64,000 bases of DNA from Bacteroidota bacterium. GTDB taxonomy: Bacteria > Bacteroidota > Bacteroidia > Cytophagales > Cyclobacteriaceae. The position numbers and the translations under genes are program-made. Positions 18,045 to 25,180 of this stretch are shown here, in pieces (positions within the stretch are counted from its first letter, which is position 1; each line of letters begins with the position of its first letter). The stretch spans positions 829 to 64,828 of the forward strand of contig JBJOOF010000043.1 of NCBI GenBank assembly GCA_046051425.1. Direction: 5' to 3'. The notes under the pieces were generated by a model. It worked only from the letters and a program-made list of their open reading frames with translations. It did not search any database and was not told where the DNA came from.

Positions 18045-20562
18045 TTTTGCCTGGATTTTAAAAATGGCCGGGCGGGATTTTAGAAAAAATCTTTCCCGAT
18101 TGCTGCTCTTCGTTTCCTCCATTGTCGTGGGGATTGCTGCCTTGGTGGCAATTAGCAGTTTTGGAGAAAACCTAGTCAAAGACATAGACAACCAGGCCAA
18201 GGAACTTCTCGGCGCAGATTTGGTTTTGGAAAACAGCAAGCCACTTGGCGAGTTGGGTCTGGATTCTCTTGCTCTAGAAACCGCCTCAGAGGTCAATTTT
18301 GCTTCCATGGTCGCCTTTCCCAAGCGGGATGCCAGCCGACTGACGCAAGTGCGTGCTTTGGAGGGGAATTTCCCTTTTTATGGAAAACTGGAAACGCTAC
18401 CGGCTGAGGGTGAGGCTAATTTTAGAAGTGGAGGCAAGAAGGCGCTGGTAGAAAAAGCGCTGATGGCGCAGTTTGATGCCCGAGTGGGGGATTCCATCAA
18501 GGTGGGTAACCTTAATTTTGAGATTGTAGGGGAACTTCAAAAGGTGCCTGGACAGACAGGCATTACGGCAAGTGTGGCTCCTGCAGTGTACATTCCTTTG
18601 GGATATTTGCAAGAAACTGGTTTGGTGCAGTACGGGAGCCGAGTGGAATACAACCGCTATTTGCAATTTGCCCCAGGAACTGATGTTGCCAAACTGATCA
18701 AGCCTTACGAAGCCCAGTGGGAACTCGACCGCATCGATGCAGATACGGTTGAAGACCGCAAAGAAAGTACCGGTCGCTCCTTTGGTAATTTATCCAACTT
18801 TTTGAGTTTGGTAGCCTTTATCGCGTTACTTCTGGGCTGTGTAGGTGTGGCTTCTGCCGTGAACGTATTTGTAAAAGAAAAACTAGCCTCTGTGGCGGTT
18901 CTTCGCTGCTTGGGTGTGGCTTCTTTGGATGTGCTGTTGATTTACCTCGTGGAGATTGTAGCCATGGGAGGCATTGGAGCATTCATTGGCTCGGTGCTGG
19001 GTACCGTACTTCAGTTTGTGCTGCCTGTAGTATTTGCAGATTTCCTCCCCGTTGAGGTGACGGTAGGGATTTCCTGGAAATCCATAGGCTTCGGCATGGT
19101 GACTGGACTTTTGGTATCTGTGTTGTTTGCCTTATTGCCCTTGCTCAAGGTGCGCAAAGTGTCCCCGATGGCCACCTTGCGTCCTGAAACTGCCGACAGC
19201 ACTTTACTTAAGGATCCTGCTCGATGGGCGGTGTTGTTGGGGATTTTGTTGTTTATTTTTGGCTTTAGTTTTTACCTCCTTACCAAGGTGGCCTGGGCAT
19301 TGGGCTTCACTGCATTTGTGCTGATTGCCTTTGGCATCCTCTGGGGAGTAGGTACTGCGCTGATGTGGGCCGTGCGGAAATTTTTACCGCTTTCCTTGAG
19401 TTATCCTTGGCGTCAGGCACTTTCGAATTTATACCGACCCAACAACCAGACCATCTCCCTGATTGCGACCATAGGCTTGGGTACAGCGATGATCAGCACC
19501 TTGTTTTTCTTGCAAAACCAATTGCTCGAGGAAGCCAAATTTGCCGATAAGAAGGACCAGCCCAACATGCTCTTGTTTGACATTCAGACCGCTCAGTTAG
19601 ATCAAGTGAGGGCAAAAGTAACGGGACAGAAGATGCCTATTTTGCAGGAGGTGCCGATTGTCACCATGCAGTTGAATTCCATCAATGGCATTACTAAAAA
19701 AGCGAATGAAGAGTTGCCGGAAGAGAAGAACTACAGTCGATGGCTGTACAACCGCGAATTCCGTGTGACCTATCGGGATTCGTTAATTTCTTCGGAGCAA
19801 TTGACGGATGGAGCCTTGATTCCCAAGGGGTCTAGAGGGGATAGCATCTTTGTTTCCTTTGAAAAAGGATTTGCTGAGGGTAATGGATTTAAGATCGGCG
19901 ATGAGGTGGAATTCAACGTGCAGGGTCGCCCCATCAAAACCTACATCGGAAGCTTCCGTGAGGTGAAATTCAATCAGGTGTCCACCAATTTCTTGGTGCT
20001 CTTTCCAGAAGGAATTTTGGAAGAAGCACCCAAGTTTCACGTGATCATCACCAAGACCGATACGGACAAGCAGGCAGCTGAAATGCAATCGGACATGGTA
20101 CGGGAGTTTCCGAATATCTCCATTATCAATTTGGGTACGATCGTAGAGACGCTGGAGGAGATTTTGGGTAAGATCAGTTTTGTGATTCAGTTCATGGCCT
20201 TTTTCTCCATTGCTACGGGAATTTTGGTCTTGATCAGTTCCCTGATCATCAGCAAATACCAACGCATGCGGGAGAGTATTTTGCTACGCACCTTAGGAGC
20301 TAGTTCCGCCTTGGTGCGGCAGATCAATACCTTGGAATACTTCTTTTTGGGGAGTTTGGCCTCCTTGTCCGGAATTTTACTTTCCTTCTTTGCGACGTTC
20401 CTGTTGGGGAAATTTGTCTTTCAGATGAACTTTAGTTTGGCCTGGAAGGAGGGTTTGGTGATTTACTTGGCCATTACGGTACTGACGATTGTATTGGGTT
20501 GGCTTAATGGACGAAAGATCATCAATCAGCCTCCGATGGAGATTTTGAGAGGGAATGGGTAA
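18037..20562 (+). CDS. ABC transporter permease (YbbP/FtsX-MacB-like, duplicated)
   Basis: 841 aa; two FtsX-type membrane modules (LRCLG, LRTLGAS); LLGADL; overlaps the ATPase gene. Confidence 0.9.
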   Translation: MPDFAWILKMAGRDFRKNLSRLLLFVSSIVVGIAALVAISSFGENLVKDIDNQAKELLGADLVLENSKPLGELGLDSLALETASEVNFASMVAFPKRDASRLTQVRALEGNFPFYGKLETLPAEGEANFRSGGKKALVEKALMAQFDARVGDSIKVGNLNFEIVGELQKVPGQTGITASVAPAVYIPLGYLQETGLVQYGSRVEYNRYLQFAPGTDVAKLIKPYEAQWELDRIDADTVEDRKESTGRSFGNLSNFLSLVAFIALLLGCVGVASAVNVFVKEKLASVAVLRCLGVASLDVLLIYLVEIVAMGGIGAFIGSVLGTVLQFVLPVVFADFLPVEVTVGISWKSIGFGMVTGLLVSVLFALLPLLKVRKVSPMATLRPETADSTLLKDPARWAVLLGILLFIFGFSFYLLTKVAWALGFTAFVLIAFGILWGVGTALMWAVRKFLPLSLSYPWRQALSNLYRPNNQTISLIATIGLGTAMISTLFFLQNQLLEEAKFADKKDQPNMLLFDIQTAQLDQVRAKVTGQKMPILQEVPIVTMQLNSINGITKKANEELPEEKNYSRWLYNREFRVTYRDSLISSEQLTDGALIPKGSRGDSIFVSFEKGFAEGNGFKIGDEVEFNVQGRPIKTYIGSFREVKFNQVSTNFLVLFPEGILEEAPKFHVIITKTDTDKQAAEMQSDMVREFPNISIINLGTIVETLEEILGKISFVIQFMAFFSIATGILVLISSLIISKYQRMRESILLRTLGASSALVRQINTLEYFFLGSLASLSGILLSFFATFLLGKFVFQMNFSLAWKEGLVIYLAITVLTIVLGWLNGRKIINQPPMEILRGNG
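20527..20558 (+). repeat. Left copy of a 32-bp direct repeat (3' end of the ABC permease gene)
   Basis: CAGCCTCCGATGGAGATTTTGAGAGGGAATGG, identical to 21830-21861. Confidence 0.95.
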
Positions 20563-20667
20563 ATGCTAGACTGCCAAAACAGAAACGCGTAATAAGGGCC
20601 CCTTTACCTCTTTTTATTTGATTTTTTGAACTAGGAGTAACCTGTTTTTTTAACCTTATTTTTTATT

Positions 20668-21261
20668 ATGAATCAAAAAGTAAACCTGTGGGTTGATAAA
20701 AAGAAAGTAGTCCGTATCTTTGAGCTCTCACGGACAAATGGGAAGTTGTTCTCTGCCCAATTCGAGGGCGAGGAGTTCGATGATGCTGGTGAAATCCAAA
20801 ACGCATTTTCCAAGGTTAGGGCTGATTGGAGTAATCCTATTTGGTTTAGATCATTTTTCACTGAATTCAGAAAAGACTACTTTGATTTTTATGGTTCTGC
20901 TAAGCTGAATAGGATTGTAATTGAAGCACTTGAATTTGCGGATGATTTATTCGAGGAATTGGCCGAATACGCAGTTAAAGGGGATTTGGGATCTCTTTTC
21001 AAACCATTAGAGAATTCGGAAAATACCCTGATTTATGAGTTGCAAAAACTTAAGGCAAAAGGAAGGGAGCGAAAAAGTTACTTAAGACTCTATGCAGTTC
21101 GGTTTGAGGATGAATTTGTGATAACTGGTGGTTCAATAAAGCTCACCAAATTTATGAAAGATCGACCGCATACCAGGTTAGCGCTAAATCGGTTAGATGC
21201 TGTTGCCGAGTTTTTAAGGCAAAATGATTTGGAAGGAAAAATAATTTATCTAGAAAGCTAA
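20668..21261 (+). CDS. Putative RelE/HigB-like toxin of a type II toxin-antitoxin pair
   Basis: C-terminal LRLYAVRF...FVITGGSIKLT resembles the RelE-fold beta sheet; directly upstream of an XRE HTH gene; AT-richer than its flanks. Confidence 0.55.
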   Translation: MNQKVNLWVDKKKVVRIFELSRTNGKLFSAQFEGEEFDDAGEIQNAFSKVRADWSNPIWFRSFFTEFRKDYFDFYGSAKLNRIVIEALEFADDLFEELAEYAVKGDLGSLFKPLENSENTLIYELQKLKAKGRERKSYLRLYAVRFEDEFVITGGSIKLTKFMKDRPHTRLALNRLDAVAEFLRQNDLEGKIIYLES

Positions 21262-21265
21262 AAGG

Positions 21266-21643
21266 ATGACTGCTACCAAAAAATCAATCAAAGACATCAG
21301 TGTTCAATCTCATGAAAATTGGATGGAGGATGTTGCATGGAGAAAAGCGAATAAAGCCTGGTTGAGAAAATCAGCAGCAATTGCGCTGAGGATTTTGGAT
21401 GCTTTAGATGAGTTGAATTGGAAAAAAGCAAAATTAGCTCAAGAAATGGGCGTTTCTCCACAGCAGGTGAGTAAGTATGTGAAAGGGGAGGAGAATTTTA
21501 AGTTGGAGACCCTCTGTAACCTTGAAAAAGTACTTGGAATAGAGTTGGTAACTATTCTTCAAAAAGATGAAGAGGTGGTTCAAAAAGGTGCCTGGAAAAA
21601 CATTGAGCCTACTGAAAAGGTGGGAAACATGAGTAACCTTTGA
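21266..21643 (+). CDS. XRE-family HTH protein (putative HigA-like antitoxin)
   Basis: WKKAKLAQEMGVSPQQVSKYVKGEENFKLETLCNLEKVLGIEL. Confidence 0.85.
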   Translation: MTATKKSIKDISVQSHENWMEDVAWRKANKAWLRKSAAIALRILDALDELNWKKAKLAQEMGVSPQQVSKYVKGEENFKLETLCNLEKVLGIELVTILQKDEEVVQKGAWKNIEPTEKVGNMSNL

Positions 21644-21742
21644 GGTCTTTTTTGGACCTCGAAGGTTTAATTCTTTAAATATAAAACTTTGAAACCTTCG
21701 CGGTTTTGGTAAACCTCAAAGGTTGGACCTAACCTTTGAGTT
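21635..21742. repeat. Cluster of REP-like inverted repeats (AACCTTyGAGGT type)
   Basis: Hairpins AACCTTTGAGGTC..GACCTCGAAGGTT (21635-21667) and AACCTTCGCGGTTT..AAACCTCAAAGGTT (21693-21724), plus half-site AACCTTTGAGTT (21731-21742). Confidence 0.7.
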
Positions 21743-21752
21743 CTTGCACCAC

Positions 21753-21865
21753 TAGTTTTCCTGGTTGAAAAAGCTTGGTGATTACCCTACTCACGATTGT
21801 ATTGGTTCAATGGTCGGAAAATCATTAACCAGCCTCCGATGGAGATTTTGAGAGGGAATGGATAA
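21753..21865 (+). pseudogene. Degenerate second copy of the ABC permease 3' end
   Basis: Aligns to about 20433-20562 with deletions and synonymous changes (AAT GGT CGG AAA ATC ATT AAC vs AAT GGA CGA AAG ATC ATC AAT); last 32 bp identical; ends GGA TAA. Confidence 0.85.
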
Positions 21866-21880
21866 AAATTGGTTAAAAAC

Positions 21881-21909
21881 AAAAAAGGCTTGCATCACTG
21901 CAAGCCTTT
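21881..21909 (-). terminator. Rho-independent terminator after the tRNA-Leu pseudocopy
   Basis: AAAGGCTTGCA-TCAC-TGCAAGCCTTT, with an A-run that reads as a U-tail on the minus strand. Confidence 0.75.
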
Positions 21910-21950
21910 GTACCCAGAGCCGGAGTCGAACCGGCACGAGTGTAACCTCA

Positions 21951-21990
21951 CCTGCCTGCCTGCCTTTCGGCAGATAGGCCGGCAGGCAGG
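21951..21990. repeat. Nested 20-bp palindromic elements
   Basis: CCTGCCTG [CCTGCCTTTCGGCAGATAGG] CCGGCAGGCAGG; removing the inner 20-mer gives the perfect palindrome CCTGCCTGCCGGCAGGCAGG. Confidence 0.85.
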
Positions 21991-22003
21991 TTGGTATTTG
22001 TGA

Positions 22004-22022
22004 CCTGCTTGCGGCAGGCAGG
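22004..22022. repeat. Third (19-bp, degenerate) copy of the CCTGCCTGCCGGCAGGCAGG palindrome
   Basis: CCTGCTTGCGGCAGGCAGG inserted in the anticodon stem of the pseudocopy. Confidence 0.8.
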
Positions 22023-22034
22023 CCAGCGCCTTTC

Positions 22035-22277
22035 TCATGGAATTTTCTTTAAAAATTCTTTCCCAATCCCACTTTTCAGGTATTTTTCTCTTTTCCTTGC
22101 TTCAATTCGAATGCCTACTTTTTCGGAATAAATCAATCGAAAAGGTGCATACAATTTGGTAGATCTGCCTTTACCGGAATTGTGCTCTTGAATTCGCCTT
22201 TCCAGATTGTTGGTTAGCCCTACATAGATATAGTTCTTGGAAAGGCTTTTGATTGCGTAAACAAAATAATCGTCCAT
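22035..22277 (-). CDS. Stand-alone GIY-YIG nuclease (UPF0213/SLX1-like), 80 aa
   Basis: YFVYAI...YIYVGLT (GIY/YIG strands), ERRIQEHNSG, ARKREKYLKSGIG; catalytic Tyr, Arg, His and Glu positions appear intact. Confidence 0.92.
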   Translation of the reverse strand: MDDYFVYAIKSLSKNYIYVGLTNNLERRIQEHNSGKGRSTKLYAPFRLIYSEKVGIRIEARKREKYLKSGIGKEFLKKIP

Positions 22278-22300
22278 AAAAAATCGTCAAAAAAATAGAT

Positions 22301-22332
22301 AAAAAAAAAGGGCTGTCAAAAGACAACCCTTT
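22301..22332 (-). terminator. Terminator-like hairpin after tRNA-Leu
   Basis: Minus strand AAAGGGTTGTC-TTTT-GACAGCCCTTTTTTTTT. Confidence 0.75.
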
Positions 22333-22333
22333 G

Positions 22334-22417
22334 TACCCAGAGCCGGAGTCGAACCGGCACGAGTGTAACCTCATTGGTGTTTGAGACCAACGCGTCTACC
22401 AATTCCGCCATCTGGGC
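22334..22417 (-). tRNA. tRNA-Leu(CAA)
   Basis: GCCCAGATGGCGGAATTGGTAGACGCG-TTGGT-CTCAAAC-ACCAA-long variable arm-GCCGGTTCGACTCCGGC-TCTGGGT-A; CCA not encoded. Confidence 0.96.
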
Positions 22418-22484
22418 AAGTACACCAACCATTCCGTTCTGAATGGGGATGCAAATATGAATACAAAAATGATTTCCTACAAAC

Positions 22485-22787
22485 TCAAGCGCCTACTTCT
22501 TGTAATTTTTTTGTGCTCCAAGCCTGAGGCTTTTCAGAAAAGAGCGTTTTTGTAAAACTCCAAACCGATTTAAACAACTGTGAATCACGATACTGATTCA
22601 AGGCTGCTTCGCTTTCCCAGTGGCTGTAGGTGACGAAAATATTTTTTTCATTCTCGTCCTGCCAGAGTTCCAAATGCCGGCAACCTGGGAAATTCCGGAT
22701 CAAAATTTTATTGGCTTCAAAATTTTTCAAGAACGCAGGCACTTCCTCTGTTCGAAAAGTCATGCGGACCACACGAATCAAGCTCAT
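22485..22787 (-). CDS. Antibiotic biosynthesis monooxygenase (ABM) family protein
   Basis: IRVVRMTF, IRNFPGCRHLEL, TYSHWESEAALNQYRDS. Confidence 0.85.
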   Translation of the reverse strand: MSLIRVVRMTFRTEEVPAFLKNFEANKILIRNFPGCRHLELWQDENEKNIFVTYSHWESEAALNQYRDSQLFKSVWSFTKTLFSEKPQAWSTKKLQEVGA

Positions 22788-23554
22788 GGTTCAAAGTTGA
22801 TGTAGACCACACTGTCTCGTTTCAGTCCCAGCAGGTTGCCCCCATGTCCGTGATTGATGCCGATTTCTAATACATCCAAACTATTAAAAAACAAATAGGG
22901 CTCTCCAGCTTCTACTTGATCGTAGCCCGTCTGAAGTTGGCGGTGGGTCTCTCTACCAAATTGGATGGTAAATTTCCCTGGATTTAACTTTTCAAATACT
23001 ACTCTACTGATGTTGGTGATCAGGTTGCCGTAGCGATCCACACGGACCACATGCCCGATAATCTGCTCCCGAGTAGCCTTCGCCTGTCTCGGCATTAACT
23101 TTTTGAATTGGGTAGATGGTCCTCCAAAATCATGGATGGCAGCCCCGGAAGCAACTTTCGCTGCGATTGGCCCTAAAATGTCTCGGGTTGGAAAGGTGGA
23201 GTCTTTCACATGAATATCCGCAAACTGCACGATAATCCCTGGATCGTAGTCTGCCAACAGGCTGAAAATCCCATTGTTGGGACCGATAAAAATATGGTCT
23301 TCTAACTTGATCCCGATGTACCCTGCCGTCGCCGCTCCAGTGGTATTGATGCCTACCAAATGGACAGTACCCTTGGGAAATTCACGAAAGGTGGCCCGCA
23401 ATAGAAAGGCTGCATGCTCCAGATCAAAGGCAGCTACTCCATGGGAGATATCCACGATTTGCAACTGCGGATTGATGGATAACATCTTGGCTTTGACTGC
23501 CGGTACGTAGAAGTCCGTGTCCCCGAAATCAGATAGGAATGTCACCAAGGCCAT
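22784..23554 (-). CDS. SAM hydroxide adenosyltransferase / chlorinase-fluorinase family (DUF62)
   Basis: VTFLSDFG, VDISH, FPKGTVH, STFPTRD, VDRYGNLITN; start taken at ATG 23554. Confidence 0.9.
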   Translation of the reverse strand: MALVTFLSDFGDTDFYVPAVKAKMLSINPQLQIVDISHGVAAFDLEHAAFLLRATFREFPKGTVHLVGINTTGAATAGYIGIKLEDHIFIGPNNGIFSLLADYDPGIIVQFADIHVKDSTFPTRDILGPIAAKVASGAAIHDFGGPSTQFKKLMPRQAKATREQIIGHVVRVDRYGNLITNISRVVFEKLNPGKFTIQFGRETHRQLQTGYDQVEAGEPYLFFNSLDVLEIGINHGHGGNLLGLKRDSVVYINFEP

Positions 23555-23658
23555 AGAAGCAAGTAAAGTAAAATTTTGTAGTTTTGTTTGTTGGGGAGTG
23601 AACAAAAATAGACATTTTATTCTTTCACCTTCACGGTGTACCTAATCAAAACAAAACT

Positions 23659-24636
23659 TTGGTCGAAAAAGTAATTACCCTTGAGCATGTTCCCTTGGCT
23701 GAGTTTTTTGGCACTGCCAATGAAAACATCCGTCAAATCGCGCAGGCCTTCCCTCAATGTAAAGTGATTTCTAGAGGAAATGAGATCCGAATTCAAGGAA
23801 GTCCTCCTGAAATATTGCGGATCAATGACTTGATCAACATGCTTTTGGAACATTTTGAACGCTTTGGACACCTCAGCCCTGAGCATGTCAAAGATTTCTT
23901 GGCCATCGAGGGTGGACCCTTTGAAGAAGCGAACAAGGATCAAGTAATTGTCTTTGGAAACAAGGGACTGATCATCAAGCCTAAGTCTGCCAACCAGCGC
24001 AAGCTCGTGGAAGCAGCCTTCAAAAACGATCTGGTATTTGCATTAGGTCCTGCCGGAACGGGCAAAACCTACATTGCCGTAGCCCTCGCGGTACGTGCCT
24101 TGAAAAATCGTGAAGTAAAACGCATCATCATTACGCGTCCGGCTGTAGAAGCTGGGGAGAATCTGGGATTCCTTCCTGGGGATTTGCAAGAGAAACTCGA
24201 TCCCTACTTGCGGCCCATCTACGATGCACTTCAAGACATGATTCCACCAGAGAAATTGAAGTATTACCAAGAAACGCGCGCCATAGAAATCGCTCCACTT
24301 GCCTACATGCGGGGAAGAACGCTTCACGATGCCTTTGTACTCTTGGATGAGGCGCAGAATACTACGGCCGAACAAATAAAGATGTTTCTCACCCGTATGG
24401 GACCCAACTCCAAGGTGATCATTACGGGTGATCAAACGCAGGTAGACTTACCTATCCGTCAGAAGTCGGGACTTTCTGAAGCGCTTCGTGTGCTGAATGA
24501 TGTCAAAGGAATTGGTGTAGTGCGCTTGAGTGGGTCTGATGTAATTCGACACAAGCTGGTCAAAGCCATCATCGCCGCTTACGAAAAAAGTGAGGAGGAA
24601 AAAGAAAAACTAAGACAAGATGCCAACGGTAAATAA
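23659..24636 (+). CDS. phoH: PhoH family ATPase (YbeZ-like)
   Basis: GPAGTGKT, RPAVEAGENLGFLPG, YMRGRT, DEAQN, TGDQTQVDLP; TTG start. Confidence 0.93.
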   Translation: MVEKVITLEHVPLAEFFGTANENIRQIAQAFPQCKVISRGNEIRIQGSPPEILRINDLINMLLEHFERFGHLSPEHVKDFLAIEGGPFEEANKDQVIVFGNKGLIIKPKSANQRKLVEAAFKNDLVFALGPAGTGKTYIAVALAVRALKNREVKRIIITRPAVEAGENLGFLPGDLQEKLDPYLRPIYDALQDMIPPEKLKYYQETRAIEIAPLAYMRGRTLHDAFVLLDEAQNTTAEQIKMFLTRMGPNSKVIITGDQTQVDLPIRQKSGLSEALRVLNDVKGIGVVRLSGSDVIRHKLVKAIIAAYEKSEEEKEKLRQDANGK

Positions 24637-25051
24637 AATAACGACTAAAGAAGGACTCCAAGACGCCTTTGGAATTCGCGAATTGGTATTTGTGGTTGAG
24701 CAGGAGGTAGATGCGTCAGAGGAATACGACGAGTTTGAAGATAGCTCAATTCACTTCTTGGCGAAATTAGATGGTGTCCCTGTGGGAACCGCCCGATGGA
24801 GATTTACCGCAAATGGGGTGAAAATGGAACGATTTGCCGTTCTACAAGAAGCGAGAGGGCAGGGCGTGGGCCAAGCCTTGGTTGCTGCTGTACTTGCCGA
24901 TATCAACCAGCATCCGGATGGAAAAGCGAAAAAGAAATACCTCCATGCCCAAATTCATGCCATGCCGCTGTATGCCAAGTTTGGGTTTCAAGCCGTAGGC
25001 GATCAGTTTGAAGAGTGTGACATTTTGCATTATAAAATGGAATTGAGCTAG
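24620..25051 (+). CDS. GNAT N-acetyltransferase (ElaA/YjcF-like)
   Basis: IRELVFVVEQ, ARGQGVG, YLHAQ...LYAKFGF. Confidence 0.9.
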   Translation: MPTVNKITTKEGLQDAFGIRELVFVVEQEVDASEEYDEFEDSSIHFLAKLDGVPVGTARWRFTANGVKMERFAVLQEARGQGVGQALVAAVLADINQHPDGKAKKKYLHAQIHAMPLYAKFGFQAVGDQFEECDILHYKMELS

Positions 25052-25180
25052 GACTAGCTCTTTTCCAAGTACGCGTAAAGTAATTTTTCTAAGGGCTAGA
25101 TTTTTGAATTTTTCTCCCTTTTCTAATAAAACCTAAAAGGTAACCAGGCCTTCTTTTTTTTAGCGACTTATTTTTTCGAC

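Larger units (their letters stand above)
21911..22030 (-). pseudogene. Partial tRNA-Leu pseudocopy interrupted by palindromic insertions
   Basis: 21905-21950 is identical (46 bp) to 22328-22373; similarity resumes at 21991-22003 (TTGGTATTTGTGA vs TTGGTGTTTGAGA) and 22023-22030 (CCAGCGCC vs CCAACGCG). Confidence 0.9.

Noticed and set aside
21635-22030. Possible CRISPR array
   Set aside because: Repeats are inverted, variable in length and irregularly spaced; there are no unique spacers of constant length and no cas genes.
21911-22030. Intron-containing or split functional tRNA
   Set aside because: The copy lacks the 5' acceptor strand and D-loop, has substitutions in the anticodon arm, and the inserts show no group I intron or bulge-helix-bulge features.
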